A program made the position numbers and the translations under genes. A stretch of DNA of 64,000 nucleotides, from positions 62,001 to 126,000 of the forward strand of contig CBFFRP010000434.1 of assembly GCA_965644295.1 (NCBI GenBank). The letters are read 5' to 3'. Under the pieces are notes generated by a model that searched no databases, was not told the origin of the DNA, and worked only from the letters and a program-made list of their open reading frames with translations. Below, piece by piece: positions 1 to 14,388 of the stretch; within the stretch, counting starts at the first letter, position 1, and every line of letters starts with the position of its first letter. Source of the DNA: Paraphysomonas bandaiensis. Its lineage: Eukaryota > Protista > Chrysophyceae.

Positions 1-1607
1 GGGCAGAATTCGTCTTCGATATCTGTTATTTTTAGAGAAACTTAGAGTTTTCTTCTTTTAACTTCGTAATTAAGATGGCGAAGTATGATGTGACCATAAA
101 CTTTGTTCTATAAATAGTGTTAGAACTACCAACTACCGTAACTACCAAGTATATTTAGTGTTCAGCGGTTCAGTAGGTCGTAGGTCATCAGGAGTATTGC
201 ATTTCCGATATTCCGTCATTTAATTTCTCAGCTTACCTCTCTTTTATTTAATTTTTACATGCATTGTCGGTATATCTTGTACTACATCTCTAAATACTTT
301 ACACTGAACATTATAAACAAAGAAATTAATTCCTCCTGTTTAAAACAACTGCAACAGAAGAATCTCGCAACTACTCTCCTTTCTCCACATACCAGCTAAA
401 AAGAGAATGACTACCAGGTTATACTACACGGCGTGTTATATTCATTCCAATGTTTAAAAATGTAACAGAACGCAAATACATAACACATAAATGGTCGTAA
501 CTCGAAACAGGACCAGCTAAAACCACTAAATGATAGGCCTATTTGGGTAATAGGTTTCCTTCAGTCGAAACACAGAATGACATCATTCAACTCTCTTGTA
601 GAATGATAGTATTACAATATCAGTGTGGTATCAACAGCATATGTTCATACAATCTATCTTCAGCTGAAGGTTTTAGTTTTCGATACCTCAGATAAGCTGC
701 ACGAGAATTCCAAAACAGTGTTTAATGCTTTTTTTGATGTCGCCTGTGGTGGCTATTTTGATTGTTATTCCAATTCGTATGTGTACTATGTGGATGTAGT
801 GAACTGACTTCCATTTGCGAGTTTATGACGTGTGTTGCTGAAGTTATTTCGCATTGTGATTCGTTCGTTGAATAATACAGACATATAGCCACAGAAACAC
901 ATATAAGACTAAAATTTTGTGCCGGCTGCTCGCTCACACCCTTCGTCATATGAGCTGCTCCAATGTACGTGCGCAGATTCTGCGAGGTCACCTACCGCTC
1001 CCACCCGGATTAGCCTTCCCTCTCCCTCAAAAAATGATACGCGCTTCTCGTCATCATGTATGGTCACGCAAGTCAGCGTTTATTCGGTGCCGCACACATA
1101 AAATACACCGGGGTTCAAGTAAATAGCTGTTCGTTGCTGGTTTACTCGATACTATCACTCCACAAGGAGAAGCCCTCAGAACGGGATACATACACCTACC
1201 ATTAGCCGATGAGGTTCTTAGTCTCTGGTTTGAGTCGTTCGGACTGTCGCTGTCAGCTCCAACTCTTTAGAACAGAGTGGAGTGCCCTGAGCGAGCCGAA
1301 GATCTGCGCGCATCCGTCCCTACAGATATACTGGTATACGGCGGTATACGGAGTATACGAAGGCGTGCAGTTGTGATGACCTGCCAACGTACAAAAATTA
1401 GAGTATACTCTGTATACCGTACAGTACGCGCTCTACGTCCTTGTGTATTGTATTCTACCCAGAGCGTTGCATTGAGCGAGATACTGCTGTACATGTTGTT
1501 GCGTCTGCTGTCTGCTTGCATATTCATAGTAGAGTGGCTTTGCCGTTTCTTTGATTTATTTTGTTTCAATAGTTCGTAACTCCTTCATATAGTTTATATA
1601 TCCACCA

Positions 1608-2335
1608 ATGATTGGCTCCAAAGCTGTCGTCTTTGTATTATTCACGTGCTTTACTGCTTCTGCTGCAGTGAAACTTGCTGGTGAATGCTATAGCCAATGC
1701 AACTCACTAAAAAGAGAAGTATTAACTCTTGAGATGTGCAGGTATATTGCACTTACATAGAGATAACTGTGTTGTTTTTGACTTTGCAACGCAGAGATGC
1801 GAAAAAAGTACTTCCACGGCCGAAAGTAGGAGACTTTTGTACCCGTGCAATGGAAAATGGATTCAAGGATGCATGTTATGCACTATGCCAAGATACAAAA
1901 CCTGTGCCGAGAGTGGCCCAGTCATGTCGTGCTGCGGCTGTTGAGCTTCCCCGGCCAACCATCCGAAAATGGTGCGAGCATGGATATAGGGAGGGCTTCA
2001 GAGCAACCGCGGAGGCACTCAAGAACTATTTCAAAGAGGCAGAAGACACTCCAATGGAACCTGAGGTATATGAGTCGTCATTGCAAACGGATACTGAGCA
2101 TGACGAAACAACCCACGATCACGTGGATGCGAAAGAAGAAGAGGCGGAAAATACTCTTCCTGTGATAAAGACCATTGAAATATCACTGGATGAGGAGACG
2201 AAGAACCTGAACGTACACGAAGGAGAGAGCGCCGAAGAAGCAGTGGCAGAGTTTTGTGGCAAGTATATGGTGGACGATGTTGCCGGTTGCATCCGTCAGA
2301 TTCTTCCCTCGGTCTTGGAGCGCATGGATGAATAA
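1608..2335 (+). CDS. Secreted/ER Cys-rich hypothetical protein, 2 exons
   Basis: ATG 1608 gives signal-peptide-like MIGSKAVVFVLFTCFTASAA...EMCR. A GT-AG intron (~1742-1794) joins it in frame to the 199-aa ORF (DAKKVLPRPKVGDFC...). Cys-rich N-terminal half, acidic linker, small C-terminal domain. Confidence 0.7.
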
Positions 2336-2913
2336 TTTTCACCCGTTTTAGTGAGGGTTGTGGTAAATATGTGGTTGTAAGAAAGTTTGAAATTGTGAGA
2401 ATGAAAAGTTGAATGTATTTCGTAGAATTTCATTCGTTGCGGATATAACCATCAATCACGACAGTAAGTTTAGATCAAATAAATTGATTCTGTGCACTTG
2501 GAAGATTACGCGGAGCTTCTCGTGACTATGCAGGACCCAGTATAGGCCTAAAGAATGCGCGGGGTTTCTCGTAGTCATTCATATATGGACTATGCAGGTA
2601 TAGTGTAGATCTAGGTGGAGCTTGCTTGTCACCACACACTAACATACGCCGGGATTTTGAAAAAAATCTATATATTGTTTAGTTAATTCAACACTAGCTC
2701 TTTACTAGGGCACACTCTCGGAATCGGAACGGGGCAGTTACTTTGGCGTCATCAGTGTATCACTTATCAGCTACAATAGAAACTAGAAACATATGTACCA
2801 GTTGAGTACCAACAATATACACAGCACAATCAATGTCAAAACGTATGTCTCTGAACTGCTGAGCTGGTGTATATAGTATATAATATATAACATGTCACTC
2901 TAATGTACCATAA

Positions 2914-3045
2914 TAGGGTTGCGTAGCAATTAATTGAAATACCCTCACCATCAATTATAATGAAATTCAAAACCAATTTCAATCAAATAAGAATTGAAAT
3001 TGCAATTAATAAAAAATGGGGAGAGGGAAAGGTTACGCAACCCTG
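2914..3045. mobile_element. hAT-type MITE (~132 bp)
   Basis: Terminal inverted repeats TAGGGTTGCGTAGC / GTTACGCAACCCTG around an AT-rich interior. No target-site duplication recognisable. Confidence 0.6.
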
Positions 3046-3312
3046 AAAGCGAAGTAAATGATATGCAAGCAGAAATACGATGTACACACATGGCACGTTT
3101 AGTTATTACCAAGGAAAGCTCTACATATAGATATAGTTAGCTTCCAATGTGTACATACTCTAATGTCCTCATTTATACGTTCAAGTTTATAAAGTATATC
3201 ATCAATATGTCGTCATAGTCATGATTCAAAGATGAAATCGTTATGAAATCGCACAATGTTGGAAAATGTGTTATTCCTAAAGAAGAAAAAATTCATAGAA
3301 ACAACAGGAATA

Positions 3313-5206
3313 CTAGAAGTTATCGTCATCACTTTCCATTTCTTCGAGCATGAACCCCATGATAGTAGATACAAACTCGGCTGTTAGTTCCCCATCAGTA
3401 TGTTTGTCTAATGCTTTGAGAGATCTGGAGAGGTCTCGCAGAATTCCCTTTGTCTCTCGGCGTGTCTCGTCACTGTCCCCACGCATCTCGTTCGCAGATT
3501 TCATTACAACGTTTAACACAGGATCAATGACATCATTGAAGAGCTCAGACGTCGGAATATGGGAATTTCGAACCAGTACTCTTGAAACAGACGCGAAAGC
3601 CTCGGTGTCATCAATTCCTTGAGAATCGACTTCTCTATGCTCGATGGAAGTTGACCTTGAAAGCGTTTTTCTATCAGGGGGGGTGTCCTTACTCTCCACA
3701 TTACCTTCTTCACTTTGTAGTAGTTCGCATTCATCACTTGACTCCTGATTCAGTGCAGAAATAGCACTAAGAGTCCGATTCGAAGAACTCATATCACTAC
3801 GAGATGTCAAATTTTGAATTATTTGTTTCTTGTCTGGAATACTCTCACAAGCAGATATATCCAAGTGGATCGCGCTCGCGTCATCGAGTGATTGAAACGA
3901 GTTAACACTGTTGGTACAACTGCTGGACGCATGTCTCCTCACCGTCTGCAGGTCGAAATCCCACCCACCACTATCTACTGACCTCCGCAAACTGATGCGA
4001 CTATAGCTATTAGATCCCTGGTCGAGAATTCTTTCAATTTCGTTTTCCTCCCTTTTTCTGTTGATGCGAACAGCTATGCTTTGCATGAGGCTAGCAGGGG
4101 GGGTAGTAGGTGCATTAACCAAAAAAGGATGCGTCAACAACATCGAGGCGCTGTAACGACTAGTTGGGTCCTTTTGTAAACAGGCCGACACAAAGTTCTT
4201 GAATATCGGGGAGAACTGACCTTCTAAAATAGGTGGTGGGTTCTGTACATAAATGTAAGTAACAGGCAAAAACTGGCCTCCCATTCACATATTGTGAACA
4301 TGCCTACATGTAGCATATACTTGTACTATTTCAAATTTACCTTGGGTATAAGAAATATAGCCTTCATGGGGTGGTATTTGGTGGCATACGGTGGTTTGCC
4401 ATGTGCAAGCTCTATTGCTGTGATACCCACTGACCACACATCTGCTAATGAGTCATACGAAGTCTCCGTGATAACCTTAACCGACAGTCAGAAAATCGCA
4501 AGGTGAAATTGAATAATTTACCTCTGGGGCCATCCAATAAGGAGTTCCAACACGAGTTTGTCGTTTGTTCACACTTTCTGTCAACTGTCCTGTAACCCCG
4601 AAGTCCGCCAGTTTTATATCTCCCTCTCCAGACACGAGCATGTTGCCGGCCTTGATATCACGATGAATTTTTCGCTCTGCATGTAGATAGGCAAGTGCCT
4701 GCAGATGAAGATTCAAATAATGCGTATACCAATAGTTTTAGGGCTCACCGTAATTAGCTCCCTCATCACATACGCTATCGACTCCTCATCAAGAGTTCCA
4801 GTTTCACTTAATATATCAGAGAGCGAACCGGCTTCAAGGTATTCCATCACAATCCACAGTTGACTGTGCGCTATATTATTGACAATAACCGAAAACAATA
4901 TACACAGTACCACCTGCCGCAAAGATAGGACGCATAGTATTTAGTTAGCTGCGGGCATGACGAGTTCGACATTACTGATATCTCTTGGTGGACATCTTCC
5001 AATTCATCTCCCGCCTCATCTAAATTAATTAGTTTGGCAGCAACTATTTCTCCTGTGGTGGTATCTACGGCCTTGTATACATATCCAAATCCTCCCTGGC
5101 CAATTTTTTCACACAGTGAATACCGTTCTGTCGGATTCGACAGAAAATCAGGCACTGAGCGGTGAGAAAGAACAGCCCTCTGACGAGAGCTGCCTGAAAC
5201 TAACAT
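3313..5206 (-). CDS. STE20/GCK-family Ser/Thr protein kinase (MST3/STK24/Sid1-like), multi-exon
   Basis: [64 protein letters not shown] (STE20 signature) and [19 protein letters not shown] are spread over exons. Confidence 0.93.
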
Positions 5207-5808
5207 AGTTATAAGAAAATTATAAGAGTAAAAAGTGGTATAAAAAATTAATCTGACGATGAGAAGACTGAAGAGCTGATCTAATGGTACATTACTAGAG
5301 CACACGAATACTTGAATACATCCACTGACAGGTTCCTCATAGCACAGGCTTCAGTCCTCAGTATGTGATGGACAATGAGGACCACCGAATGTATGTAGAC
5401 AGTGAAAGCAGTACACAGGTGCCATATTGGCCATCACTGCGCTCGCCATACAATAGACATGAGGAGATTACGTGGAACAAGCTAATCATTGTGTTGTGTT
5501 CTTTGACCAAAAATTTGCTACAGAATTTTCGTGTCCGATTGCAGTTTTCAGTTCTTGTCTGGATATGACGCTTCAAGATAGGACGAGGAGGTAAGTGGAA
5601 AGATGTTTTTTAGTGGGGAGATAATACATACATACATACCATATCACACGAAATACAGTATTCAGTTTGATACCGTCGTATGGTATGGTGTGGTGTGGTG
5701 TGTGGAGTGCTATACACATCACGCACACTCTGTGCTGGTGCGTGTAGTTAATATATAAGATCATCGCCCGTAGATTGTCAGCGAACTAAACGAAGAAGTG
5801 GTATAAAT

Positions 5809-6282
5809 ATGCAGCGTCCGCAGTATGTCGATAGGAGTACTGGTCAGGTGTACGACACTTCGAATGCTAATTTTGAAGGGTGGCTGACGAAGCAGTCTGT
5901 GTGGCTTAAGGACTGGAGGCGAAGGTGAGGAGTGACAGTGTGATGAATACATACATGTAATATCTATTTCAGGTACTTTATTTTGAAAGGATCTAAGCTC
6001 TTTTTTTCCAAGAATGAAACGTGTACTCCACATGGTATGATTGACCTCAGTGCGTGTATGACAGTAAAGTCTGCTGAATTGAAAGCTGGAAAAAGAAACG
6101 CGATTGAGGTGTCAACAGCGGATACTACGTTTTTCATGTTTGCGGACACGGAAAAAGAGAAGGACGAATGGATTGGTGCTATCGGACGGGCGATTGTTCA
6201 GGCATCAGCAACTTTTACAAATGATGATGATGTTGATCCAGATAATAATAGCGATGATGAATCTGAGGAAAACGAATACTAG
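5809..6282 (+). CDS. Small pleckstrin-homology (PH) domain protein, 2 exons
   Basis: FEGWLTKQSVWLKDWRRR|YFILKGSKLFF...PHGMIDLS...FFMFADTEKEKDEWIGAI is a canonical PH domain, followed by an acidic tail. Confidence 0.9.
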
Positions 6283-6823
6283 TTAAAATATATCTATGTC
6301 GTATTTTTCCGATATTATTATATAATTTCAATTAAGTGTGTTTGGGGCCTGGCCAGCCTGTTAACTATTCAACATGTGTTGTACTGCGAAGTAAGTTAAC
6401 GAGATAATCCGTATATGTAGTGCGTTCCAAGCAAAGTGACTGATCTTCATGATTACACACAAAAATTGTCAACTTTTTATTACTGTCAACTAGTACCTAA
6501 CACACTTATGAATATCAGAAAACCAGTGAAAATTAGAGATGGTTCACACTGAGATGTGGAGTGTAGGCGTATTCCTCTTCTCAATCACTTTGAGTAAACT
6601 GCCTAACATAAACATACATTCATGGCTTTGTTACGATGTATATTATAACACTGTTTAATAATAGCCACGAATTTATTCTGTTTCAGTGATATTGAACGTA
6701 AAGTATCAATAAACAGATGTATTGAAATGAGCTAGTTTTGGGCCTTGGATTACACGACTGTAGGAAATATATATAATATACTGTACATAATTCTGCTACG
6801 TTATATTGTTTGTATTTACGTAG

Positions 6824-6953
6824 CAGGGCCTGGTAACCGTTAATGGTAATGACCATTAATGGTAATGCCATTACTGGCCACTATAATTAATTCCATTATA
6901 ATTTCCGGGAACTGGACTACCATTAAAGGGCCATTAATGGTTACCTGGCCCTG
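6824..6953. mobile_element. hAT-type MITE (130 bp) with 8-bp TSD
   Basis: TIRs CAGGGCCTGGTAACCGTTAATGG / CCATTAATGGTTACCTGGCCCTG. Flanks TTACGTAG (6816-6823) and ATACGTAG (6954-6961) match at 7 of 8 positions. Confidence 0.85.
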
Positions 6954-8228
6954 ATACGTAGTGTGTATTGCTTTACTTAGTTAATTTTACTTTTGTTACA
7001 GATGCACGGATGGGACATAAAGCAATACTACTTGCAACTTGCACTAAATACTAGTGGGGTAAGTATATATTGTGTAGTAGAATTATGGATTAATGGTATT
7101 TATTTCTATTTTAATACTTTCTTATATCCATATAATTACTGAAGCATCTTAAACACCTAACCAGAAAACTACTACTAGCTAGGATCATCAGACCTCAAGA
7201 AGCAGATGCTTTAAAATTAAAAATTCTTAATTATAGTGAGAAACTGAGATACTACTATATCTAGAATACCATGAACTTCCGTTATGGCTATATTATGTAC
7301 CTGTATTCACATATCATTCGTCATCCTGGTATCTTAATGACTTAAAAAACATCCATTTTTTTACATTAGAAATGCTGGTTAGGATTTATCTATTAAGTGT
7401 GTTGCTCTGCTCAATAGGATTATGATTTTATTATGACTAGTACAGATCAGTAATTAGGTAAATGCTGAATTGTTTTTACTGCTACTGACTACTGATCGAT
7501 TGGAAATTCGCGATTGGGGCGTTTTTTATCGTGTTTTATAGTGGCATATGATATCTTATCATTTCAAACTATATGTAGGTGTTTTTTGCAACGACCTATG
7601 CTTATATTGAAACGCACAATGCTGCACCAGAGCTAACTGGCCAAGTCTTCATATTTAGGACAAAGGCCGATACTGTTTTTCTCAATGTTAAATTGTAGCA
7701 TCCCAGTTACGCATAACTACACGAATAAATAAAATAAATACAGTATATCTTACATAAAGCATTCAGCAATTACGAAAGAGGGATGGATTATTCAACTTAG
7801 TCGATTTGGTTTATTTATCTCGTGACACCAATTTTGGTGTAACTTTCTTATCAAGTAGATAAAAAACCTCGTCATATAAATTTGAGTTCAACTATGTGAG
7901 GTTTTTTACAGTAGACTGAATGCGAGATACATGTATGACATCACTCTCTTGCAGTAGAACTTACACTTTAAAGTACGCTATAGAAACAAACATAGCATAG
8001 ATTAAATTAAATTAATTAAGTCTCTCCTCAACTTTTAACTTTCAACAATTCAGTGAAAAAAGAAACAACGAATATTGAAAAATTCCACGAAATCAACAGC
8101 GATCCAGGTAACTGTAGTATTATATTTTAGAAACTAACAATCCAGTAGTTGACATATTCATCCAGAAATCAGAAAATATAACACCCTAATACGCCAACTC
8201 AGTCTCAATGCTGAACGTAATCCACAAA

Positions 8229-10260
8229 TCAGTCCCATCCCACAGCCTCGAGTGCAATCACCATCAACAACGATAGAGGATACAATGCCAAAATCCAGAG
8301 ACCATCCATAACCGTGTGTGTGGGTTTCATTGTCATCAATCCCATCACCACCTTCAGCAAAATATTAGAATGAATTCGTCTTATGGGCATGATACGACAA
8401 CAGGACAGTCGTATGGCACCCACAAACTGAATCTCGTTACCTGTACAAATAGGATAGAGAGAGTTTCTGCTAGATACTCCCAAGCAAGAGTCTTGGTGTA
8501 AATTAGTACCATAAAAATTCCCAGGCCGAAAGTGTTGTTCATGCATGCTGCGCCTTGAAGTGTAGATAGTGATATTGCAATGCTGTGACTGGATTTCTTC
8601 AGGGAGTATTTATAGGAAGCCACAAGCTCAGATGCATTGGAGGCTAGTGGTGCGAGTACAAATGATACAGTAAAAGACCCCATTCCCTAGAGTAGTATGT
8701 GTCACATCATATCACTTCTTCACACTGAAATTTACTTACAGTTCTGCGGCCAATCTCCTCGAGAACATCTACCATAGGATCAGAGAAAACTACTACCAAA
8801 AGAGTACCCAATCCTAAATAATAAAGGGCACGTAACTTCAATCTCTCTTGCTGTTTCTCCGGAGAGAGAGGCTGTAGGTCCTCTGGCATGTCATCCTCCT
8901 CTTCGTTATCGTTATCACCCCCATCGTTGTCTCCTAATTCAGAATCTAGGAGTGCGCGGTTGTCATATCCAATTACTGACATTCCACGACCGCTTCTTGT
9001 GGTGAGGTAACGCTTCTTGTGCGCTTTAATGAACTGAGCAGTACCAAGCACAAATTCCTGAAAATCTACGCTGCCGTTGTGGTCTCGATCAAATACATTA
9101 AAAATTCTCGTCATATTTTCTGTATCGAGATACTCTCCCATATCTCTGTATGTAATCGGTTATAAAAGAACATGATACACGTATTGTTGGCCACCCACCG
9201 GAACACAGCAGACAGTTCGACCATACTCAGACTGCCATCATTGTTCGTATCGTACTTCGCATAGAAGGGTTTCAAGATGGCCTGAAAAGAGAGTACAACA
9301 CACCTGAGCTGAATATATACAGTTCGGGTAAAGAACACAACCTTCAGACGTGTCATCAGTTCTGGGTTATCTACCAGCGGGCTGTTCTCATCCAAATGCC
9401 GCTTCATGGTTGTTGTCTTAAATTCCGCCTGCATGACTCCTTGTAAGGTCACATCTCCACGCCGAATGGCTTCTTCAATAACTCGGTTACGTTTGTCTTG
9501 CTGACTTCCTGCATCCACATCACTGGCGGATTTGATCTGATACCAGAGGTAGGCCACGAACAGAACGAAGCACAAAAACATTCCGATCAATGCCCACATA
9601 CTCTCATTGACAGCAATATCGTGAGTGCTTTCTCCAGAATAAAACACTCCAGGGCCTTGCAAAAACAAGTACGTGATGGATGTACCGATCATAATCCTGT
9701 GGTATAATTTCTTTACATTAACTCGAAAGCATATTCCACATACCATCCACCAGTTCGTACATGAGGGGATATGACCACACCAGCCTTCGTAAGGGACGTC
9801 ATGTTTTGAGGTGAAAGTTTTGGAGATTTTCGGTAATTGGGCCTTCCTTCGTTGTCAAGGTCAACCCTGCCGCCAACTATACTCAAGCACCATGGAATGG
9901 TTAAAAGCATAATCGTGCTTCCAGCAAGAGCTCCGACACCAACCTTTTATGACATGAGCCACAGACTGTGACATGTTTAATAAGACATACCGATAACTGT
10001 GTCTGAGCATTATCCCCCATGCCGCTGAAGAGCACCAGCATGCCATCCGGCACTGCGCCCAGAATAGGCAACACTACACTTCCCACTATACCGGCATACG
10101 CAGGTATGAGGAGCAAATACTCCGATCCATTAGATATCATATCAGATGCCATCATGAGTATGTAACCGTATACAGAGAAGAGGAAGAACAGCTGGAAGGC
10201 TCCATATCCATTATCAGGGAGAGACGAGACGTCGATGAATAGATCAGATATCTCTATCAT
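8229..10260 (-). CDS. EF-hand-containing Na+/Ca2+ exchanger-like protein (NCL/EFCAX type), multi-exon
   Basis: alpha-1 repeat GSVVLPILGAVPDGMLVLFSG...GSTIMLLTIPW, two EF hands (DTNNDGSLSMVE, DRDHNGSVDFQE), alpha-2 repeat FSDPMVD...FVLAPLASNASE...GAACMNNT. Confidence 0.9.
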
Positions 10261-10696
10261 GGAGATGGAAACTGAGACAGTTAGTGTGATGTAATGGTCT
10301 GTTGCGATACCGGATGATATCCAGCAGTGCCCTTGTCTATATGAGCGAAGCGTATACTATGAGCGTATGTGTGGAGATACAAGATCCAGTCCAGTATTCA
10401 ACAGGCAGTGTGGTATTCCACAACATATCCACGTGTGTGAAACATTTTTGAATCTAAACTGAACTATATACACTACGTACACTACGTATTGGCTATTAGG
10501 ATATGCTGTACTGTGTACTGTGTGGTAATATATAGTAGTACTGCTGTATGATAGAGCAGTACATGTACAGCAGGACGCATGAATACGTACAAAAATACAT
10601 GTGCATGTTAGTTGTGTATCTTGTCAGCACGTGTGTTTGAAAATGAGTGTGTTTGGTATTAGTTACATCAATTAGTAGCGTCCACCCACTGATACA

Positions 10697-11536
10697 ATGG
10701 AGCTTCAAGCTGAGCCCCCGTGTTGTAAGATTCGTTGCTGTAAGATCCTGTGCAATGACAATCCTGTGTGCGAACGGATGGGGAAAGTCGGATTAAAGTT
10801 TTTTGACCAACACCGCGGCCCCATAATGCTCACTATGGCTGTTCTATCCTTCATTTCACTCATATTTTCTATTATTCCTGTCGTGTCAGCATCTTTTAAT
10901 GAAGATGATGTCCAAAACACAAGTTGGACATATGGTATGTGATGTAGTTATATATGCGCTTATTCTCATGTTCATTCCAGGAAAGACAAGCGACGATGAT
11001 GAAATATGGGTAAGAGCGTATTATTCAGAGTAGTTGTATAATGTCTGATATTTCAGATTGGCTTATCTATATTCGTGTATAAGTTTAATGGAAACACTGA
11101 CTCAACGGGATGGGGCAGCACGGATTGCAAGGACGTGGGCGACTCAGATTTCTGTGATGACTGCAAGGAGTCTTGTTTGGGAGCTGTTAGCATGGTTATT
11201 ACTAATTTAATAACAACTATTCCTAATATAAAGGGAAATATTGAACGAAGTACACGGAAAGGAGACAGTAATTTTGAGAAGAACCAGGCTGTTATTTCTG
11301 GCCTTATTGGCTCACTGTCAACACTGTCAGCGCTTGCTATTTATATGCAGGGGTGTCAAAATAGCCTTCCGGATCATATCAACGGTGTAGATGTGGATTA
11401 TGTAACAGGACCAGGTTTGGCGTGCCTAGCTATTGCAACATTCTTGCAGCCAGTCAATGCGATCGGGAATCTCTTGACTCCTGTCGTGAAAGATGAGGAT
11501 GATAATGGTGAAGGGGACTATGTCATTATGGCGTAA
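10697..11536 (+). CDS. Four-TM membrane protein with Cys-rich extracellular loop (amastin/claudin-like topology)
   Basis: Hydrophobic segments and a W-G-...C..C..C loop; GT-AG introns flank a ~29-nt microexon (10981-11009). The family call is tentative. Confidence 0.65.
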
Positions 11537-12606
11537 TATCTCCTCTTTATTGATGCCGATTTCACCGCATAATTTGTTTAGCACTGGGTATGTGTTAGAA
11601 CGTGAGGGATTCGTATTCGGAGTTGGCTATCTGTCTAGGAATATGTGGACGCAAACTAGTAGCCTACTTTGGGTGATAGCATAGAAGATGCGCCAGATAT
11701 TGTATTTATTTTTTGTTGCCATGCGACAGAGTGCTAAATTAAAATTAGATTTTGACTTAGCTTCTCGCTGTTTACCTAATATGTCATGTACACCCTGCAT
11801 TCAAATTCATGTAAGTATATTCTCGCTAAATACCGTCAATGTGATCAGCATCGATGCGGTGTAGTCGTCCTGGATTGAAAGGAAACATCTAGTAGAAATG
11901 TTTGATACATCATCGTCGAAAACTGTAGTAACATTGCTTTCTTTGGTGTAGTCAGGAAATATTATTAACTTTTCCATCCACACTAACATACATACATAAT
12001 ACGCTGCAATATGGACTTCGGTTCTTTGATTCACTGCAACAAAACTACATCATATTTACATAGTTCGTTTGTTCTCCTGAAATGGACAACAATCAAATTC
12101 ACGATATATATGAACTTATACATACCACTTTCCCGCAGGCATTACAGCATCGGCAATAAGACACAGGATCTCAATAAGTTGGCTATGTTCGATTGGCAGG
12201 TCGTGACGCTTGCCTTGTATGCTAGTTCGTGGTATTCCAAACCTCCTCGATGGTGTTTTCTCTTATGTGAACGATGTAGTCACTCTTTCGTATTGATTCT
12301 CGGAACGTGGCTTTGGCTTGTGTCCATCCAAGGGGCATGATAAGTACACAATCGTATCTTATGGCTGGTATCAGGGCAGATATGTCCCTCAATGCTGTAT
12401 TAGGGTACCATACAGAGAAAATAGAGTCACCGTATACAGTACGTATACCACATTTTTCTTGTGGAGGATGTGATTTTCCAAGCGGAAGAAATAAAACCCC
12501 GAGTTTTCTGTGAAACTTTCATATTTATTTATATAAGTGATGAGAGCATTTCATCACCATTGCACTGTGATAAGTAAAGAGAAAGGTGGATTGAGGGGCT
12601 TGGGTG

Positions 12607-13615
12607 ATGTCGATAACTTCTACTGGTGGTCTCACTATCAAGAGCATATGGAGTAAGGCTGGATTCGCCTCCAGGTGATATGTGTGCTCTAGGAGAGTTG
12701 TAGTTTGCTATTTTGTATGTTGGTATGGTGAACACAGCACTATGTGAGGCATTTGTGATGTTTCTAATCACCACTGTTGATTGTAGTGTCCACGTCAAGG
12801 GGATTGGTAAGCAATGTGATCTTCTCTTCGACTGTGGCATAGTTGAAGAGCTGAACCTCTCTGCTCGTCACGTATTCATCACACACGGTCATGTGGATCA
12901 TATCGGGGCATGTATTTCCCATGCCAGGGCTAGAAGCTTGATCTCTCGATATGCTACCAACTATTATGTTCCACATAACTGTGTGGAGGCACTACACGCT
13001 GCGAAGGCTGCGTTCGAAGCATTGGATCAAAAAGAAATTCCCATGAACATCGTTGGTATGGATTATCTTTCTCCTGTTGATATATCGCAGGAATATAAAG
13101 TGTTTGCCTTTCCCACTGCTCATCGCATTGCAAGCCAAGGATACGGTATCATACACAAGAAAATTGGGGGCCTGTTGACTGAGTTTTCATGTTGTACGCG
13201 TGATGAACTCAAGATTTTGCGGAAGCAGGGCAAGCAATTGAATTCTGTCACTGAGAATATTGAGTTTGTGTATACTGGCGATAGCGTCTTGAGGGGACTA
13301 CTATTGCCTGATTTTGATTTTGTGTTGAAAGCTGAGATTCTAGTCATGGAATTGACGTATCTGGATGGAGATCGTGATAAGGCCGAAAAACATAAGCACA
13401 TCCACATTGATGATTTTGTGGAAAACTATTCGCTATTTCGAAATAAACAGATTATATTTGTACACCTGTCGTCGAAGTATGCCCCTCCTTCGCGGGCTTT
13501 ACGTATACTACGGGAACGGTTGCCGCCAGCAGTTCTGGATAAGTGTGCTGTAGCCTTAAGGAGCTTTGGACATGAAGATATGGTATGCCCTCTAGGCTCA
13601 ACGATTGCGCTGTAA
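12607..13615 (+). CDS. Short-form tRNase Z (RNase Z, metallo-beta-lactamase fold; TRZ1/TM-type-like)
   Basis: Exon 1 MSITSTGGLTIKSIWSKAGFAS, one intron, then LLFDCG, FITHGHVDHIGA (HxHxDH), TAHRIASQGY, YTGDS, MELTY, HIH, FVHLS. Confidence 0.85.
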
Positions 13616-14388
13616 ATTCGTATTCAATGTAATATAAGTACTGAGTGTTAATAAAATATGATTATTTTTTATAATTATATACTAAATAGGTGCTAATATT
13701 TTGCCAATGTATTGTCAGTCTGAATTCTGAATTTTGTCAAGATAATAGTTGTACTAATGAAGCCTTCACCTTAGCAAAGATATATATATTTCAAGAGTAC
13801 AATATCAATATGTGTGTGAGGCCGAATTGTGAACCTCTGGCCTTGATTTTATTCCATATATACGTATGACTCTAATTAGTATTCTAATTCTCTAAGTAAG
13901 TAGATTACATTCTCATACGGAATATTGAAATACTGAGTCAATTTTTTGTAAATATGAATTGTCAGCAATAATGTAAACTAATCACAGGGAGTAGCAACTG
14001 ATCATTCTAGCTTACAACGGACAGCATAATTCGTTTACTGATTGGCTCAGAACGTTACAAACATTGCACCATCGGCTTTTCGGCATTTCTCCAGTGGAAC
14101 GTATCGGCAGCCAGCATCATAGTTTTCGGAAATGAATTGAAGCAAAAATGCTCTCTATTACTGATGTAAAACTACAGCGGAAATACGGATAGTTGTTGTC
14201 TCAATATTAGAGGCATCTTTGAACAAAAATATACAAAGGATGCCGATACGAAAATGGAACTTATAATGTTGAAACAAGTAAATGGCACAATTATATCTTC
14301 TCCTCCAACCACATAAGATTACTTTAAATTCATGCCACTAGATTTTTACATCTCATCTAGTGGAAGTAAAAGCGCAAACTCATATCAA

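Noticed and set aside
600-1580. Several short overlapping ORFs and a lone ATGATGA on the minus strand (~1057)
   Set aside because: No recognisable protein motifs, and no matching box D, terminal stem or rRNA guide.
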